Positions 39,701 through 50,064 of a stretch of 64,000 nt of DNA are shown piece by piece. The position numbers and the translations under genes were made by a program. The notes beneath the pieces were generated by a model that was not told where the DNA came from, made no database searches, and saw only the letters and a list, made by a program, of their open reading frames with translations. Position 1 is the first letter of the stretch; each line of letters begins with the position of its first letter. Source of the stretch: Longimicrobiales bacterium (GTDB lineage Bacteria > Gemmatimonadota > Gemmatimonadetes > Longimicrobiales > Gaopeijiaceae); contig CBDBCF010000001.1 in NCBI GenBank assembly GCA_965202985.1, positions 1,600,001 to 1,664,000 on the forward strand, written 5' to 3'.

Positions 39701-40530
39701 AGCCCCGGCCCGGGGACCGCAGGCTCGATCCGAGAAACCGGGCGGTCGCGAAAGTGCGCAAGCAGGCGGTCCACGGAGGCGAAGGCGCGAAAGTCCTCCA
39801 GGGTTCTGCGCGTCGGGAAGACCAAGGGGAGCGTCCCGTCGTGGTGACGGGCCAAGGCTTCGGTGGGGGAGAGCCAGCACGCGTCCGTGGTTTCTCGTCC
39901 GTCGGGGGCGGCGGTGGAGCCGGCCGGCGCGCGGGCCGCGAAGAACCGGGTGTCGTAGCGCCGGGGGGCGGCAGCGGGCGTCACCCAGTGCGCGAGGTAG
40001 ATCAGGGCGGAGCCGTCCAGGCGAAGGCCGAGGTCGTGAAGGACCTGGGAGAAGGAGGCCGAGCCGTCCAGCAGCGCTTCGCGAGCGGCCGATGCTTCGC
40101 GGGCGCGCGGCCGTAATGCGGGCCGCCGGAATCGACCGGGCCAGGAATCGCCGCCGGAGCGGGACTTGGACCGGATTGGGCTGGTCACCGGCTCGCCGGA
40201 GCGGGCGGGCCGCACGCACGGAAGGATGCCGGTTTCCTCGAAGGTTTCGCGCACGGCGGCGGCGTAGTAGGCGATCGCGGGGGGCGCGGCATCCAGGGCC
40301 AGCCCCAGCCGTTCGGCCGCGCTGGCGGGCAACAAGTCGGCCCAGGCGCGAGCCATCGCCGAGCTCGAGTCGGCTGCGTCCACCCGACCGCCGGGGAAGA
40401 CGAATGCACCGGGCGCGAACCGGGTCGCTTGGTTGCGGCGAAGGAGAAGGACCTCGATCCCGCCGGGACGCTCCTGCAGGCCGGGGCCGTCCCGCAGGAG
40501 CACGAGGGTGGCCGCGGGCAGGGGCGGCAC
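39697..40530 (-). CDS. NUDIX hydrolase (start uncertain)
   Basis: AATLVLLRD, FVFPGGRVD, RETFEETG and HWVTP...RRYDTRFF motifs. Confidence 0.88.
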   Translation of the reverse strand: MPPLPAATLVLLRDGPGLQERPGGIEVLLLRRNQATRFAPGAFVFPGGRVDAADSSSAMARAWADLLPASAAERLGLALDAAPPAIAYYAAAVRETFEETGILPCVRPARSGEPVTSPIRSKSRSGGDSWPGRFRRPALRPRAREASAAREALLDGSASFSQVLHDLGLRLDGSALIYLAHWVTPAAAPRRYDTRFFAARAPAGSTAAPDGRETTDACWLSPTEALARHHDGTLPLVFPTRRTLEDFRAFASVDRLLAHFRDRPVSRIEPAVPGPGL

Positions 40531-40603
40531 GGGTCGCGCGGATGCGGCAGGTGGCGTCGCCGCCGCCGACGGTTGTTCGCGCAAGGGATGCCGTCCGGGG
40601 CGT

Positions 40604-42268
40604 CTAGTGGCCGGCGGCGTGTCCGTCCTTGCGCGGCTCGGAGGCGGCCGCCCAGCCACGGGCCAGCTTGGCGACCAGCTGCGCGCCGCCGAAGCTCGTC
40701 CGAGTCCAGTCGGCGATCTCGTGGCCCAGGGCCTCCAACGCCGCCGCCGCTTCGGGACCGATCCTCTCGATGGCCACGCGTCGGCCCGACAGGTGGCGGA
40801 ACCGCGGCGCGTCGACCGCTTCCTGCGGGTCCATGCCGAAGACCAGCATGTTGAGCAGGAGCTGGACATGGCCTTGGGGCTGCATCGACCCGCCCATGAC
40901 TCCGAACGCCATGTACGGCTCGCCGTCGCGGGTCGCGAACGCTGGGATGATCGTGTGGAAGGGGCGCTTCCGGGGCGCGGCCTGGTTGGGGTGCCCGTCT
41001 TCGAGAACGAACCCGGCGCCTCGGTTCTGGAGGGCGAATCCGGTGCCCGGCACCACGATCCCCGAGCCGAACGACGAGTACACCGAGTTGATGAACGACA
41101 CCATGTTGCCGTCCTGGTCGGCCACCGCCAGGTAGATCGTCTCCGAGTCCGTGACGGCTCGGCCCGGCTCCGGGCGGTCCGCCGCCGCCCCCGGATCGAT
41201 GAGCTTGCGCCGGGCGTCCACGAACGCGGGCGCCAGCAGCGCCTCGGGATCGATCTCCATCGTCTCGGGGTCGGACACGTACCGGTGCAGGTCGGCGAAC
41301 GCCAGCTTCTTGGCTTCGATCAGGTGGTGCAGGTACTCGGGCGAGTTGTGGCCCATCGCCGCCAAGTCGAACGGCTCCAGCAGCTCCAGCATTTCCAAGG
41401 CCGCGATCCCCTGCCCGGCGGGCGGCAGCTCCCACACCGTCCAGCCGCGGAACTCCGTGCCCAGCGGCTCCACCCACCGCGGTTGGTGCGCGGCCAAGTC
41501 GTCCAGCGTCAAGAACCCGCCCAGGGCGTCCAGCCCTTCCACCAGCTCCCGCCCCAGCGCGCCGCCGTACAAAACGCCGGGCCCCTCTTGGGCGATCCGC
41601 CGCAAGGAGCGGGCCAAGTCCGGGTTGGCGAACCACTCGCCGGCCCCGGGCGCCCGCGCGCCGTCCACCAAGTACGTGGTGCGCGCGCCCTCGTCGCGGG
41701 CCAACCGATCGGCCGCCGCGGCCCACTGCTCCGCGATCACGGGCGTCACCGGGAAGCCCGTCTCGGCGATGCGGATCGCGGGCGCGAGCACGTCGGCCAG
41801 GTCCAAGCGTCCGTAACGCTCCACCAAGGCGTGCCAGCCCGAAACGGCGCCGGGCACGGTCACCGTCTCCGCGCCGCCGCCGGGCATCCGTTCGTGGCCC
41901 CGTTCGCGCAACGCCCGGGCGGACAGGCCGCTCCCGCTCCGGCCGCTGGCGTCCAGGCCGACCAGCTCGCCGGTATCGGCCCACCACAGCAGGGCGAAGG
42001 CGTCTCCCCCCGCGCCGGTCATGTGCGGCTCCACCACGTTCAGGACGGCCGCCGCCGCGACCGCGGCATCGACCGCGTTCCCGCCTCGGCTCATGATTTC
42101 CAGGGCCGCCGACGTGGCCAGGGGCTGGCTGGTAGCCGCCGCGGCCCGCGGCGCATAGACGGTGGAGCGGGCCGCCATGTCGGACCGACCACTAGATTGA
42201 ACGCCGTCGGCAGTCACGGGGAACGCCGCGGCCGCGAGCAGACAGACGACAAGTCGACGAGAGAACAT
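40604..42268 (-). CDS. ggt: gamma-glutamyltransferase
   Basis: GGNAVDAA, TVPGAV, SETIYLAVAD, FGSG, PFHTIIP and GVMGG motifs. Confidence 0.94.
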   Translation of the reverse strand: MFSRRLVVCLLAAAAFPVTADGVQSSGRSDMAARSTVYAPRAAAATSQPLATSAALEIMSRGGNAVDAAVAAAAVLNVVEPHMTGAGGDAFALLWWADTGELVGLDASGRSGSGLSARALRERGHERMPGGGAETVTVPGAVSGWHALVERYGRLDLADVLAPAIRIAETGFPVTPVIAEQWAAAADRLARDEGARTTYLVDGARAPGAGEWFANPDLARSLRRIAQEGPGVLYGGALGRELVEGLDALGGFLTLDDLAAHQPRWVEPLGTEFRGWTVWELPPAGQGIAALEMLELLEPFDLAAMGHNSPEYLHHLIEAKKLAFADLHRYVSDPETMEIDPEALLAPAFVDARRKLIDPGAAADRPEPGRAVTDSETIYLAVADQDGNMVSFINSVYSSFGSGIVVPGTGFALQNRGAGFVLEDGHPNQAAPRKRPFHTIIPAFATRDGEPYMAFGVMGGSMQPQGHVQLLLNMLVFGMDPQEAVDAPRFRHLSGRRVAIERIGPEAAAALEALGHEIADWTRTSFGGAQLVAKLARGWAAASEPRKDGHAAGH

Positions 42269-42332
42269 TGCAGCCCTTCGGGACGCTGGGAGTAACGCGG
42301 GTGTCGCATACGTCGTAAGATTATAAGTCCAA

Positions 42333-45089
42333 ATGGCTGGACCGAAGCCGAACAAAGCGAAGCGCAACATGGAAGAACGGTTCTCCCTGCCGGTGCTCCC
42401 CTTGCGGGACACGGTGGTCTATCCGGGCGTGGCCGTGCCTATCTCGGCCGGGCGCACGGGAACGATAGAGGCGGCCCAGCAAGCGCTGGAAGGCGACCGG
42501 CGGCTCTTTGCGGTCGCGCAGCAGGACAACTTGGAGGACCCCGACCCCCAGATCCTCTTCTCCGTCGGCACGGTGGTGCGGGTCATTCAGACCCACCGCG
42601 TGAGGGGCGGCGTCCAGCTTCTGGTGCAGGGCGAAGGGCGCGCCCGGGCGCGGGCCTACATCAACGAGGGCGAGGCCATGCTGCGGGCTACCCTCGTGTC
42701 GTTGGAGCGCAAGGGGCCGGGTAACGCTCAAGACCCGGAGTTCCTTGCCCTGGACACCGAGCTCCGCGAGCGGGCGGCCGAGCTCAGTGCCCGGCGCGGC
42801 GTGTCGTCGGAGGCCGTCAACCAGCTCATCGAGGGCGTGGACGACCCCGGCGCCTTCGCGGACCTGGTGGTCTTCTACCTGGACTTGGACACGTCCAAGA
42901 AGCAGAAGCTGCTGGAGACCTTGGAAGACGAAGCCCGGATGAAGGCCGTGCTGGTGGCCGTCAAGCGGGCCTTGGTCGGCTTGGACGCGCAAGAGCACAT
43001 CCAGGCCAAGGTCCAGGAGGAGCTCGGGGAACGCCAGCGCGAGATGCTGCTTCGCGAGCAGATGAAGCAGATCAGAAAGGAGCTGGGCGAAGAAGGCGAA
43101 AAGGACGAGGCCGAAGAGCTTCGCGAGCGCATCGACGCCTTGGCGCTATGCGACACGGCTCGCAAGGAGGTGGAGCGGGAGCTGCGTCGCTTGGACCGGA
43201 CCGCGCCCCAGTCGGCCGAGTACCAGGTCATTCGCACGTACTTGGAGTGGGTCACGGAGCTGCCGTGGAACGCGCGAACGGAAGACAAGCTGGACCTGCA
43301 ACGGTCGGAGGAGATACTCGAAGAGGACCACTACGGCCTCTACGACGTGAAGGACCGCGTCCTGGAATTTCTGGCCGTGCGCAAGCTGCAACAAGAGCGG
43401 TTCGACGCGAACGGCGAAGGCCCCGAAGGCGCGAGCGACGAATCCGACGAGGCGAAGGCACGCTGCCAAGGCGAAGGGGATGAGACGGCCGAGGAGGGCG
43501 ACCGTTCGGGCGAAGCCGATGCCGACGCCGACGAACCTGCGACGGAAGCCGAGGGTGCGGCCGGGGACGGCAAGGCCGGTGGCGCCGCCGCCGCGGACCC
43601 GGTCGCCGGCTCTGAAGGCGTCGCGCCCCGCGATGCCGACAACACCGGGGACGCCGAGGAGGCCAGTGCCGCTGACGCGGACGCCACTGACGAAGCCGCC
43701 GCCGAAACGCCGGGCGGCAAGGGGCCGATCTTGCTCTTTGCCGGACCGCCGGGGGTGGGCAAGACCAGCATCGCGCGTTCGATCGCGCGCTCCATTGGCC
43801 GCAAGTACGTTCGCATCTCGTTGGGCGGCGCAAGGGACGAAGCGGACATCCGGGGCCACAGGCGCACCTACGTGGGTTCGATGCCGGGGCGGATCATCCA
43901 GGGCATGAAGGAGGCGGGCAACAAGAACCCGGTCTTCCTTCTGGACGAGGTGGACAAGCTGGGCGTGTCGTTTCAGGGCGACCCGAGTTCGGCCCTGCTG
44001 GAGGTCCTGGACCCCGCCCAGAACGCCACGTTCATCGATCACTACCTGGGCGTTCCGTTCGACCTGTCCGAGGTCCTCTTCATCGCGACTGCCAACTACG
44101 CCGACAAGATCCCGGCGCCCTTGCGGGACCGCATGGAGGTGGTGGAGTTCCGGGGCTACACCGAAGACGAAAAGGTGGAGATTGCCCGCCGGTACTTGCT
44201 TCCGCGGCAGATGCGCGATTCCGGACTGCGCGAAGGGGAGCTGGACATCGGCGCCGACGCGCTGCTGATGGTGATCCAGAAATACACGCGGGAGGCCGGC
44301 GTGCGGCAGCTGGAGCGCGAGTTGGGGAAGCTGGCCCGAAAGGTGGCCCGCAAGATCGCCGCCGCCGAAACCGACGGCATGAAGGTGACGCCCGAAGAAG
44401 CGAAGGAGTTGCTGGGGCGGCCTCGGGTCCACCCGGAGCGCAGGGCCGCCGAAGACGCCGTGGGCGTGGCCACTGGGATGTTCTACACGCCCATGGGAGG
44501 CGACATCATGTTCGTCGAAGCCACGGTCATGCCGAGCGGCGAGGGCGGGCTCGTGCTGACGGGACAGCTGGGCGACGTCATGAAGGAATCGGCCCGTGCG
44601 GCCCTGTCCTACGCCAAGACGCACTACGTGTCGCTGGGGATCGACAAGAACGTCCTGGACAAGCGCGAGACCCACATCCACGTGCCCGCGGGCGCCGTGC
44701 CCAAAGACGGGCCGTCGGCGGGGATCACGATGGCCACGGCGCTGATCTCCGCCGTGTCGGGCCGGAAGGTGCGAAGCGACTTGGCGATGACGGGCGAGCT
44801 CACCCTGACGGGTCGCGTGCTGCCGATCGGCGGCGTCAAGGAAAAGGTCCTGGGCGCGGTCCGGGCGGGGATCGAGGAAGTGATCCTCCCCCACGAGAAC
44901 GAAGCCGACCTGGAAGACCTTCCCGATTCGGTGCGGGACTCGCTCACCGTGCACTTGGTGGAGGACTTGGACCGCGTGGTGGCGCTGGCGATCCGAGGCC
45001 CCCGGCCCCACGCGGGAGTCGGCGCCGGACCCGGGGCGGTGACCGCCGTACTGGAAAAGGAGACGGGGCCGACGCACGTGCAGGCCTGA
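42333..45089 (+). CDS. lon: ATP-dependent Lon protease
   Basis: LPLRD N-domain, [18 protein letters not shown] and PKDGPSAG catalytic Ser motif. Confidence 0.96.
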   Translation: MAGPKPNKAKRNMEERFSLPVLPLRDTVVYPGVAVPISAGRTGTIEAAQQALEGDRRLFAVAQQDNLEDPDPQILFSVGTVVRVIQTHRVRGGVQLLVQGEGRARARAYINEGEAMLRATLVSLERKGPGNAQDPEFLALDTELRERAAELSARRGVSSEAVNQLIEGVDDPGAFADLVVFYLDLDTSKKQKLLETLEDEARMKAVLVAVKRALVGLDAQEHIQAKVQEELGERQREMLLREQMKQIRKELGEEGEKDEAEELRERIDALALCDTARKEVERELRRLDRTAPQSAEYQVIRTYLEWVTELPWNARTEDKLDLQRSEEILEEDHYGLYDVKDRVLEFLAVRKLQQERFDANGEGPEGASDESDEAKARCQGEGDETAEEGDRSGEADADADEPATEAEGAAGDGKAGGAAAADPVAGSEGVAPRDADNTGDAEEASAADADATDEAAAETPGGKGPILLFAGPPGVGKTSIARSIARSIGRKYVRISLGGARDEADIRGHRRTYVGSMPGRIIQGMKEAGNKNPVFLLDEVDKLGVSFQGDPSSALLEVLDPAQNATFIDHYLGVPFDLSEVLFIATANYADKIPAPLRDRMEVVEFRGYTEDEKVEIARRYLLPRQMRDSGLREGELDIGADALLMVIQKYTREAGVRQLERELGKLARKVARKIAAAETDGMKVTPEEAKELLGRPRVHPERRAAEDAVGVATGMFYTPMGGDIMFVEATVMPSGEGGLVLTGQLGDVMKESARAALSYAKTHYVSLGIDKNVLDKRETHIHVPAGAVPKDGPSAGITMATALISAVSGRKVRSDLAMTGELTLTGRVLPIGGVKEKVLGAVRAGIEEVILPHENEADLEDLPDSVRDSLTVHLVEDLDRVVALAIRGPRPHAGVGAGPGAVTAVLEKETGPTHVQA

Positions 45090-45105
45090 GGGGCGCGGTC
45101 CCTCG

Positions 45106-46209
45106 TTACGCGACCACCAAGCGGCCCGGACCCGCGGTTTCGCCCTCGACCATCGACCCGATCTCGGCACAGGTCACGCCCCTGGCCGTCATCTCGTCCC
45201 GAAGCGCCGGCAGCCGTGTCGCGGGGCACACCACCAGCAGCCCCCCCGACGTCTGGGCGTCCGACAGCAGCAGGCGCGTCGTCTCGGAAGTCGCGTCGTC
45301 GTACGACACGTAAGGCGCGGCGTCGGCCAAGTTGCGACGCGTGCCGCCGGGAACGTGACCCGCGTCGGCCAGGGCGGCGGCGCCTTCCAGCAGCGGCACC
45401 CGTGCGGCGCCGATCCGCGCCGACGTGCCCGAGGCGCGAGCCATGGCGAGCAGGTGCCCGGTCAGGCCGTAGCCGGTCACGTCGGTGGCGGCGTGGGCGC
45501 CGGCGGCCAGGGCGGCATCGGAGGCGGCTCGGTTCAGCTGCGCCATGGACCGGACGGCGCGCTCCAGCACGTCGGGCGGGCACGCCTCCTGCTTGACGGC
45601 GGTGGCCACGACGCCTGTCCCCAGCGGCTTGGTCAGGACCAAGTGGTCTCCCGGACGCGCCCGGTCGTTGGCCAGCATCTTGCCGGGGTCCACTTCGCCC
45701 ACGGCCGCCAAGCCGTACTTGGGCTCGGGGTCGTCGATGGAGTGGCCCCCCAGCACGGGCGCACCGGCTTCCGCCGCCTTCTCGGCGCCGCCCCGAACGA
45801 TCTCTTCAACGATCCCGGCACCGAGCAGGGCGCGGGGGAACGACAGCAGGTTCAGCACGAACAGGGGCTTGCCGCCCATGGCGTAGACGTCCGACAGGGC
45901 GTTGGCCGCGGCGATCCGACCGAAGTCGTACGGGTCGTCCACCACGGGCGCAAAGAAATCCGCGGTCGCGACCAGCGCCCGGTCCTTGCCGATCCGGTAG
46001 ACGGCCGCGTCGTCCCCGGTCCCGGCGTCCACCAACACGCGCGGATCGTCCACGGGCAAGAGGGGGCGCAAGACCTGCGCCAGCTCGGCTTGGCCGAGTT
46101 TGCACGCTCACCCGGCGCCGTGGGAAAGCGTGGTCAGGCGGATCCGGGGTCGCTGGTCCAGGGCAGGCGTCTCCCCGCCCTCCTTACCGGTTGAAGCAGG
46201 GCGCGGCAT
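45106..46209 (-). CDS. selD: selenide, water dikinase; selenoprotein (UGA at 46108-46110); start uncertain (ATG 46209 or CTG 46161)
   Basis: [17 protein letters not shown] in frame with [36 protein letters not shown] and DAQTSGGLL. Confidence 0.93.
46084..46098 (-). promoter_or_regulatory. putative SECIS hairpin
   Basis: CTCGGC-CAA-GCCGAG perfect 6-bp stem starting 9 nt after the UGA. Confidence 0.55.
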
Positions 46210-49200
46210 CGGCCGCCGACGCCGGGTGGACGATCCGCTGCGTCAGGCCGCCGCTGCCGTCGTTCTGCCACTGGACTTGCAAGCCCGTGAGCGCCTGCTG
46301 GCTGCCCGCGGCCCGGTGTCCCAGGGGCGCCACTCGAAACGGACCCAGAACGGTCTCGGTGTCGGCGGCGAACAGGAAGTCGCGCATGGCATGGCGGTCG
46401 ATCCGCCCCGTCGAGTCCAGCGAAGACCGGATCGCCTGGGTCAGCAGCTCGACGGCCCCGAAGCCGCCGGCGGCGTGGTAGCCCGCCGGCTCGCCGTACT
46501 CGTCCCGAAAGCGCCTCACGAACGTCTCGCTCGCGGCAATCGCGCCCCGTGTCCGGATCGACGCGATCCACGGCGTGTTGCCCGCCACGCAGCGCGCCAA
46601 GTCGCCCACCGCATCGGGGAACGACGGATCGGCCGGACCGATGTTCCAGCTCATGAGCTGCGGCGCGTAGTCCACGGCCGCCGCCGCCAGCGTCAGGCCG
46701 ACGGCCTCGCGCAGATAGCCTCCGCCCACGAACAGGTCCGCCCCCGCGTCCCTGGCCCTGGTCGCGAGCCCCTGCAGCACGGCGGCGTCCGCAGCGCCCG
46801 CCGGGTAGGACTCGTCGACCACGATCTCCAGCCCGTGATCGGCGGCCGCGGCCCGCACGCCCGCCGCCACCGACGCCGGGAACCGGGAGTCCTCCCACAC
46901 CAGCGCCGCCGTCTCCGCCCCGTGCTGGGTCGCCAGCGCCACGGACCCGCGCAGGTACGTGGCGGCCGAGTTCAGCATCTGCACGCTCCACTGCCGGCGC
47001 CGCCCTTCCCACAGCTCGCTGGATGCGGCCATGGCGGCGATCACCGGCAGTCCGGCGGCCTCCGTAACCGGCAGCACGGCCTCGGTCACGGGGCTGGCGT
47101 AAGGACCCAGCAGCACGTCCACGTTCGGGTCCGCCACGAACCTTCGATAGGCGGCGGCGGCGGTCCGGCCGTCGCTGCGGTCGTCCACCATGGTCAGCTC
47201 CAGCATCCGGCCCGCGCTTCCGTCCTGGTTGGCGGAGCCTGCGCCCCCGACGCGGAAGCCGCCCTGCTCGTTGAAGAGCTTCACGGCCAGCGCGTATCCC
47301 TGGCGCATCTTGCGGCCGTCTTCGCTCAGGTACCCGGTCTCGGGGAACGTTGCCGCCACGCGAACCGGCGGCGGCGGCGCAGTGAAGCATGCTTCGCCCT
47401 CGGCGGCGTCCCGCGGGTGCACGATGCGCTGGACCAGCCCGCCCGCGCCGTCGTCCTGCCACTGCACGGTCAGGTTCTGCAACGCCCGCTGGCTGCCCGC
47501 ATCCGCTTGGCCCAGCGCCTCCACGCCGTAGTCGCCCAGCACCGTCTCGATCTCGGCGTCGAACAGGAAGTCGCGCAACGCCTCGTCGTTGATCTCGCCG
47601 CCCCGGTCCAGGGCGGCCTTCAGTCCCTCGTACAAGAGTTCGACGGCTGCGAACCCGCCCGCCGCGTGGTAGCCGGCCAGGCCCCCGTAGGCGGCCTCGT
47701 ATCGGGAAACGAACGTCTCGCTGGCGGCGATCGGCCCCTGTGTGCGGATCGTCGGCAGCCACGGCGTGTTGCTGGCCACGCAGCGCGCCAAGTCGTCGCC
47801 CACCTCGTCCGCGAACCCCGGGTCCGCCGGGCCCAAGGTCAGGCTTGCAAGACGAGGCGCGTACCGTTCGGCGGCCGCGCCCCGGAGGAACTCGGCGGCG
47901 TCGCGGTAGTAGCCTCCGCCCACGAACAGGTCCGCGCCCGCGTTCTTGGCGGCCCGCGCCAGCAGCTGGTGGCGAGCCTCGCCGGGCGGATACGACCGGT
48001 CCATCACCAAGCGCAACCGGTGGGCTTGAACCGCTTCGCGCACTCCCGCCGCCACCGAAGCCGGGAACCGCGAGTCCTCCCACACCAAGGCCACGTTGCG
48101 GGCGCCGCCCCGCGCGGCGAGCTCCACCGACCCCTTCAGGAAGTTCCGGGCCGAGGCCAGCAGCTGAACCGTCCACTCCCGGTTCCGTCCCTCCCAGAGC
48201 TCGGCGGACGCGGCCATGGCCGCGATCATGGGCCGTCCCGCGCCTTCGACGACGGGAAGCACGGCCTCGGTGATCGGGCTGCTGTAAGGCCCGAGCAGCA
48301 CGTCCACGTCCTCGTCGGCGGCGAACTCGGCGTAGATGCGGGCCGCGCTGTCGGGGCTGCTGTGGTCGTTTCGCGCAACCAGTTCCAAGCGGCGCCCGCT
48401 CAAGCCGCCCCGCTCGTTGAGCATCTCGACGGCAAGGGCGTAGCCTTCCCGCATCTTGCCGCCGTCCCGATACAGGTAGCCCGACGCCGGGAAGGTGGCG
48501 GCGATGCGGATCGGACCTCCGGGGCGGCGGAAGCAGGCCTCGGACTGGGCGGACGCGGTCGGGTGCACGATCCGCTGCACCAAGCCGCCTTCCCCGTCGT
48601 CCTGCCACTGGATCTGGAGGACCCGCGACGCCTGCTGGCTGCCCGACGAGGGGTCGCCCAGCGGCGCGACTCCATACGGGCCGGCCACCGTCTGCGTGGT
48701 CGTGGAGAAGAGGAAGTCGCGCAAGGCGCCGTCGTTGACCTGGCCGTCGGCGGCCGCCGTGGCGCTCAGTCCAGCCGCCAAGAGCTCAACCGCCCCGAAA
48801 GCGCCGGCGGACAGGTAGTGGGCCGGCTCGCCGAAGGCTTGGCGGTAGCGCTGGACGAAGGTGGCGTTGTCGGCCAGGAGACCCTGCGTGGACATCGACG
48901 GCGCCCAAGTCGCGTGGCTGGTGACGCATCGAGCCGCCTGCACGCCCGCCGCGCTCGCGAATCCGGGGTCGCCGGGGCCCACCAGCAGTCCCATGAGCTG
49001 GGGCGAGTAGTCGGCCGTCCGGGCCGCTTGGGCGAACGCCACGGCGTCTTGCAAGTACCCGCCGCCTAGGAAGACGTCCGCGTTGGCGGTCTTTGCGGCC
49101 GTCGCCAAGGCCGCGTGATCAGCGCTTCCCGGGACGTAGGACTGGTCCAGGACGATGCGCATGCCCGCTTGGATCGCCGCTTGGCGAACCCCGCTGGCCA

Positions 49201-49771
49201 CGGACCGGGGGAAACGGGAGTCTTCCCAGATCAAGGCCACCGTCTCGGCCCCGTTCGCCGCGGCCAACTCCACCGAGCCGTCCAAGTAGTGCCGCGCCGG
49301 GGCCGCCATCTGCACGCTCCACTGCCGCGCCCGTCCGTTCCACAGCGCCGCCGAGCCGGCTGCCGCGGTCACCAGCGGCTTGCCCGCGGACTCGACGACC
49401 GGCAGCACGGCCTCGGTGATCACGCTGCTGAACGGACCCAGCACCACGTCCACGCTCGGGTCCGTCACGAACTCGCGGTAGATGCGCGCGGCCGCCTCGG
49501 GGTCGCTGCCGTCGTCCCGCAACGTCAGGACCACCTCCCGGCCTCCGATGCCGCCCTGCTGGTTGAGCATCTCCACGGCCAGCGCGTACCCGTTGCGCAT
49601 CTTGCCGCCGTCGTTGCTCAGGTAGCCCGTCTCGGGGAACGTGGCCGCGATTCGGACGGGTTCGGGATCGGGCTCGGGCTGCGGCCCGACAGCCTCGGAG
49701 CAAGCTGCCAAGAACAGGGTTGCCGCCGGCATCGCCAACAGCGGGAAAGACCTGGAACGCGCGAAACGCAT
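46184..49771 (-). CDS. lipoprotein of three tandem branched-chain-amino-acid-type solute-binding domains
   Basis: LAAC lipobox, GGAGG RBS; three ~385-aa repeats each starting P(V/I)R(I/V)AATFP..GYL and ending QRIVHP...ACF/PCF. Confidence 0.9.
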   Translation of the reverse strand: MRFARSRSFPLLAMPAATLFLAACSEAVGPQPEPDPEPVRIAATFPETGYLSNDGGKMRNGYALAVEMLNQQGGIGGREVVLTLRDDGSDPEAAARIYREFVTDPSVDVVLGPFSSVITEAVLPVVESAGKPLVTAAAGSAALWNGRARQWSVQMAAPARHYLDGSVELAAANGAETVALIWEDSRFPRSVASGVRQAAIQAGMRIVLDQSYVPGSADHAALATAAKTANADVFLGGGYLQDAVAFAQAARTADYSPQLMGLLVGPGDPGFASAAGVQAARCVTSHATWAPSMSTQGLLADNATFVQRYRQAFGEPAHYLSAGAFGAVELLAAGLSATAAADGQVNDGALRDFLFSTTTQTVAGPYGVAPLGDPSSGSQQASRVLQIQWQDDGEGGLVQRIVHPTASAQSEACFRRPGGPIRIAATFPASGYLYRDGGKMREGYALAVEMLNERGGLSGRRLELVARNDHSSPDSAARIYAEFAADEDVDVLLGPYSSPITEAVLPVVEGAGRPMIAAMAASAELWEGRNREWTVQLLASARNFLKGSVELAARGGARNVALVWEDSRFPASVAAGVREAVQAHRLRLVMDRSYPPGEARHQLLARAAKNAGADLFVGGGYYRDAAEFLRGAAAERYAPRLASLTLGPADPGFADEVGDDLARCVASNTPWLPTIRTQGPIAASETFVSRYEAAYGGLAGYHAAGGFAAVELLYEGLKAALDRGGEINDEALRDFLFDAEIETVLGDYGVEALGQADAGSQRALQNLTVQWQDDGAGGLVQRIVHPRDAAEGEACFTAPPPPVRVAATFPETGYLSEDGRKMRQGYALAVKLFNEQGGFRVGGAGSANQDGSAGRMLELTMVDDRSDGRTAAAAYRRFVADPNVDVLLGPYASPVTEAVLPVTEAAGLPVIAAMAASSELWEGRRRQWSVQMLNSAATYLRGSVALATQHGAETAALVWEDSRFPASVAAGVRAAAADHGLEIVVDESYPAGAADAAVLQGLATRARDAGADLFVGGGYLREAVGLTLAAAAVDYAPQLMSWNIGPADPSFPDAVGDLARCVAGNTPWIASIRTRGAIAASETFVRRFRDEYGEPAGYHAAGGFGAVELLTQAIRSSLDSTGRIDRHAMRDFLFAADTETVLGPFRVAPLGHRAAGSQQALTGLQVQWQNDGSGGLTQRIVHPASAADAAPCFNR

Positions 49772-50064
49772 GGTGCCTCCTAGGGCGAAATTAGGGAAAA
49801 GAAATCTACGGCTGATCCGGCGGTCGGGAAAGGAAGCCGGGCGCTTCGACGGCGGAGACGAAGGGCAAGCGCATCGCGTTGGTCGTCGGCATCGGGCGAT
49901 GGGATTCGCAAGGACCGTTTCGTGCTTGACGGTGTGGAGTCGAGCGTCGAAATTGCCTCGTGCTCGCCACCAACCAAACGCTGGCCAGCAACTATGACAG
50001 CCGTTCCAACCGCTCCCCCGATTCAGGCAGCCGCGTTCCGGCCCGAGCGTCAAAGACCTCTGCG

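Noticed and set aside
36491..40219. 1242-aa minus-strand ORF and many other long antisense or alternate-frame ORFs (e.g. 46100..49069, 55162..58485, 43146..45170)
   Set aside because: Shadow ORFs of high-GC coding DNA: Arg/Pro/Ala-rich, without motifs, overlapping well-supported genes
45106..46209. selD as a nonsense-mutated pseudogene
   Set aside because: The UGA falls exactly at the catalytic Cys/Sec position, has a downstream hairpin, and the rest of the gene is intact
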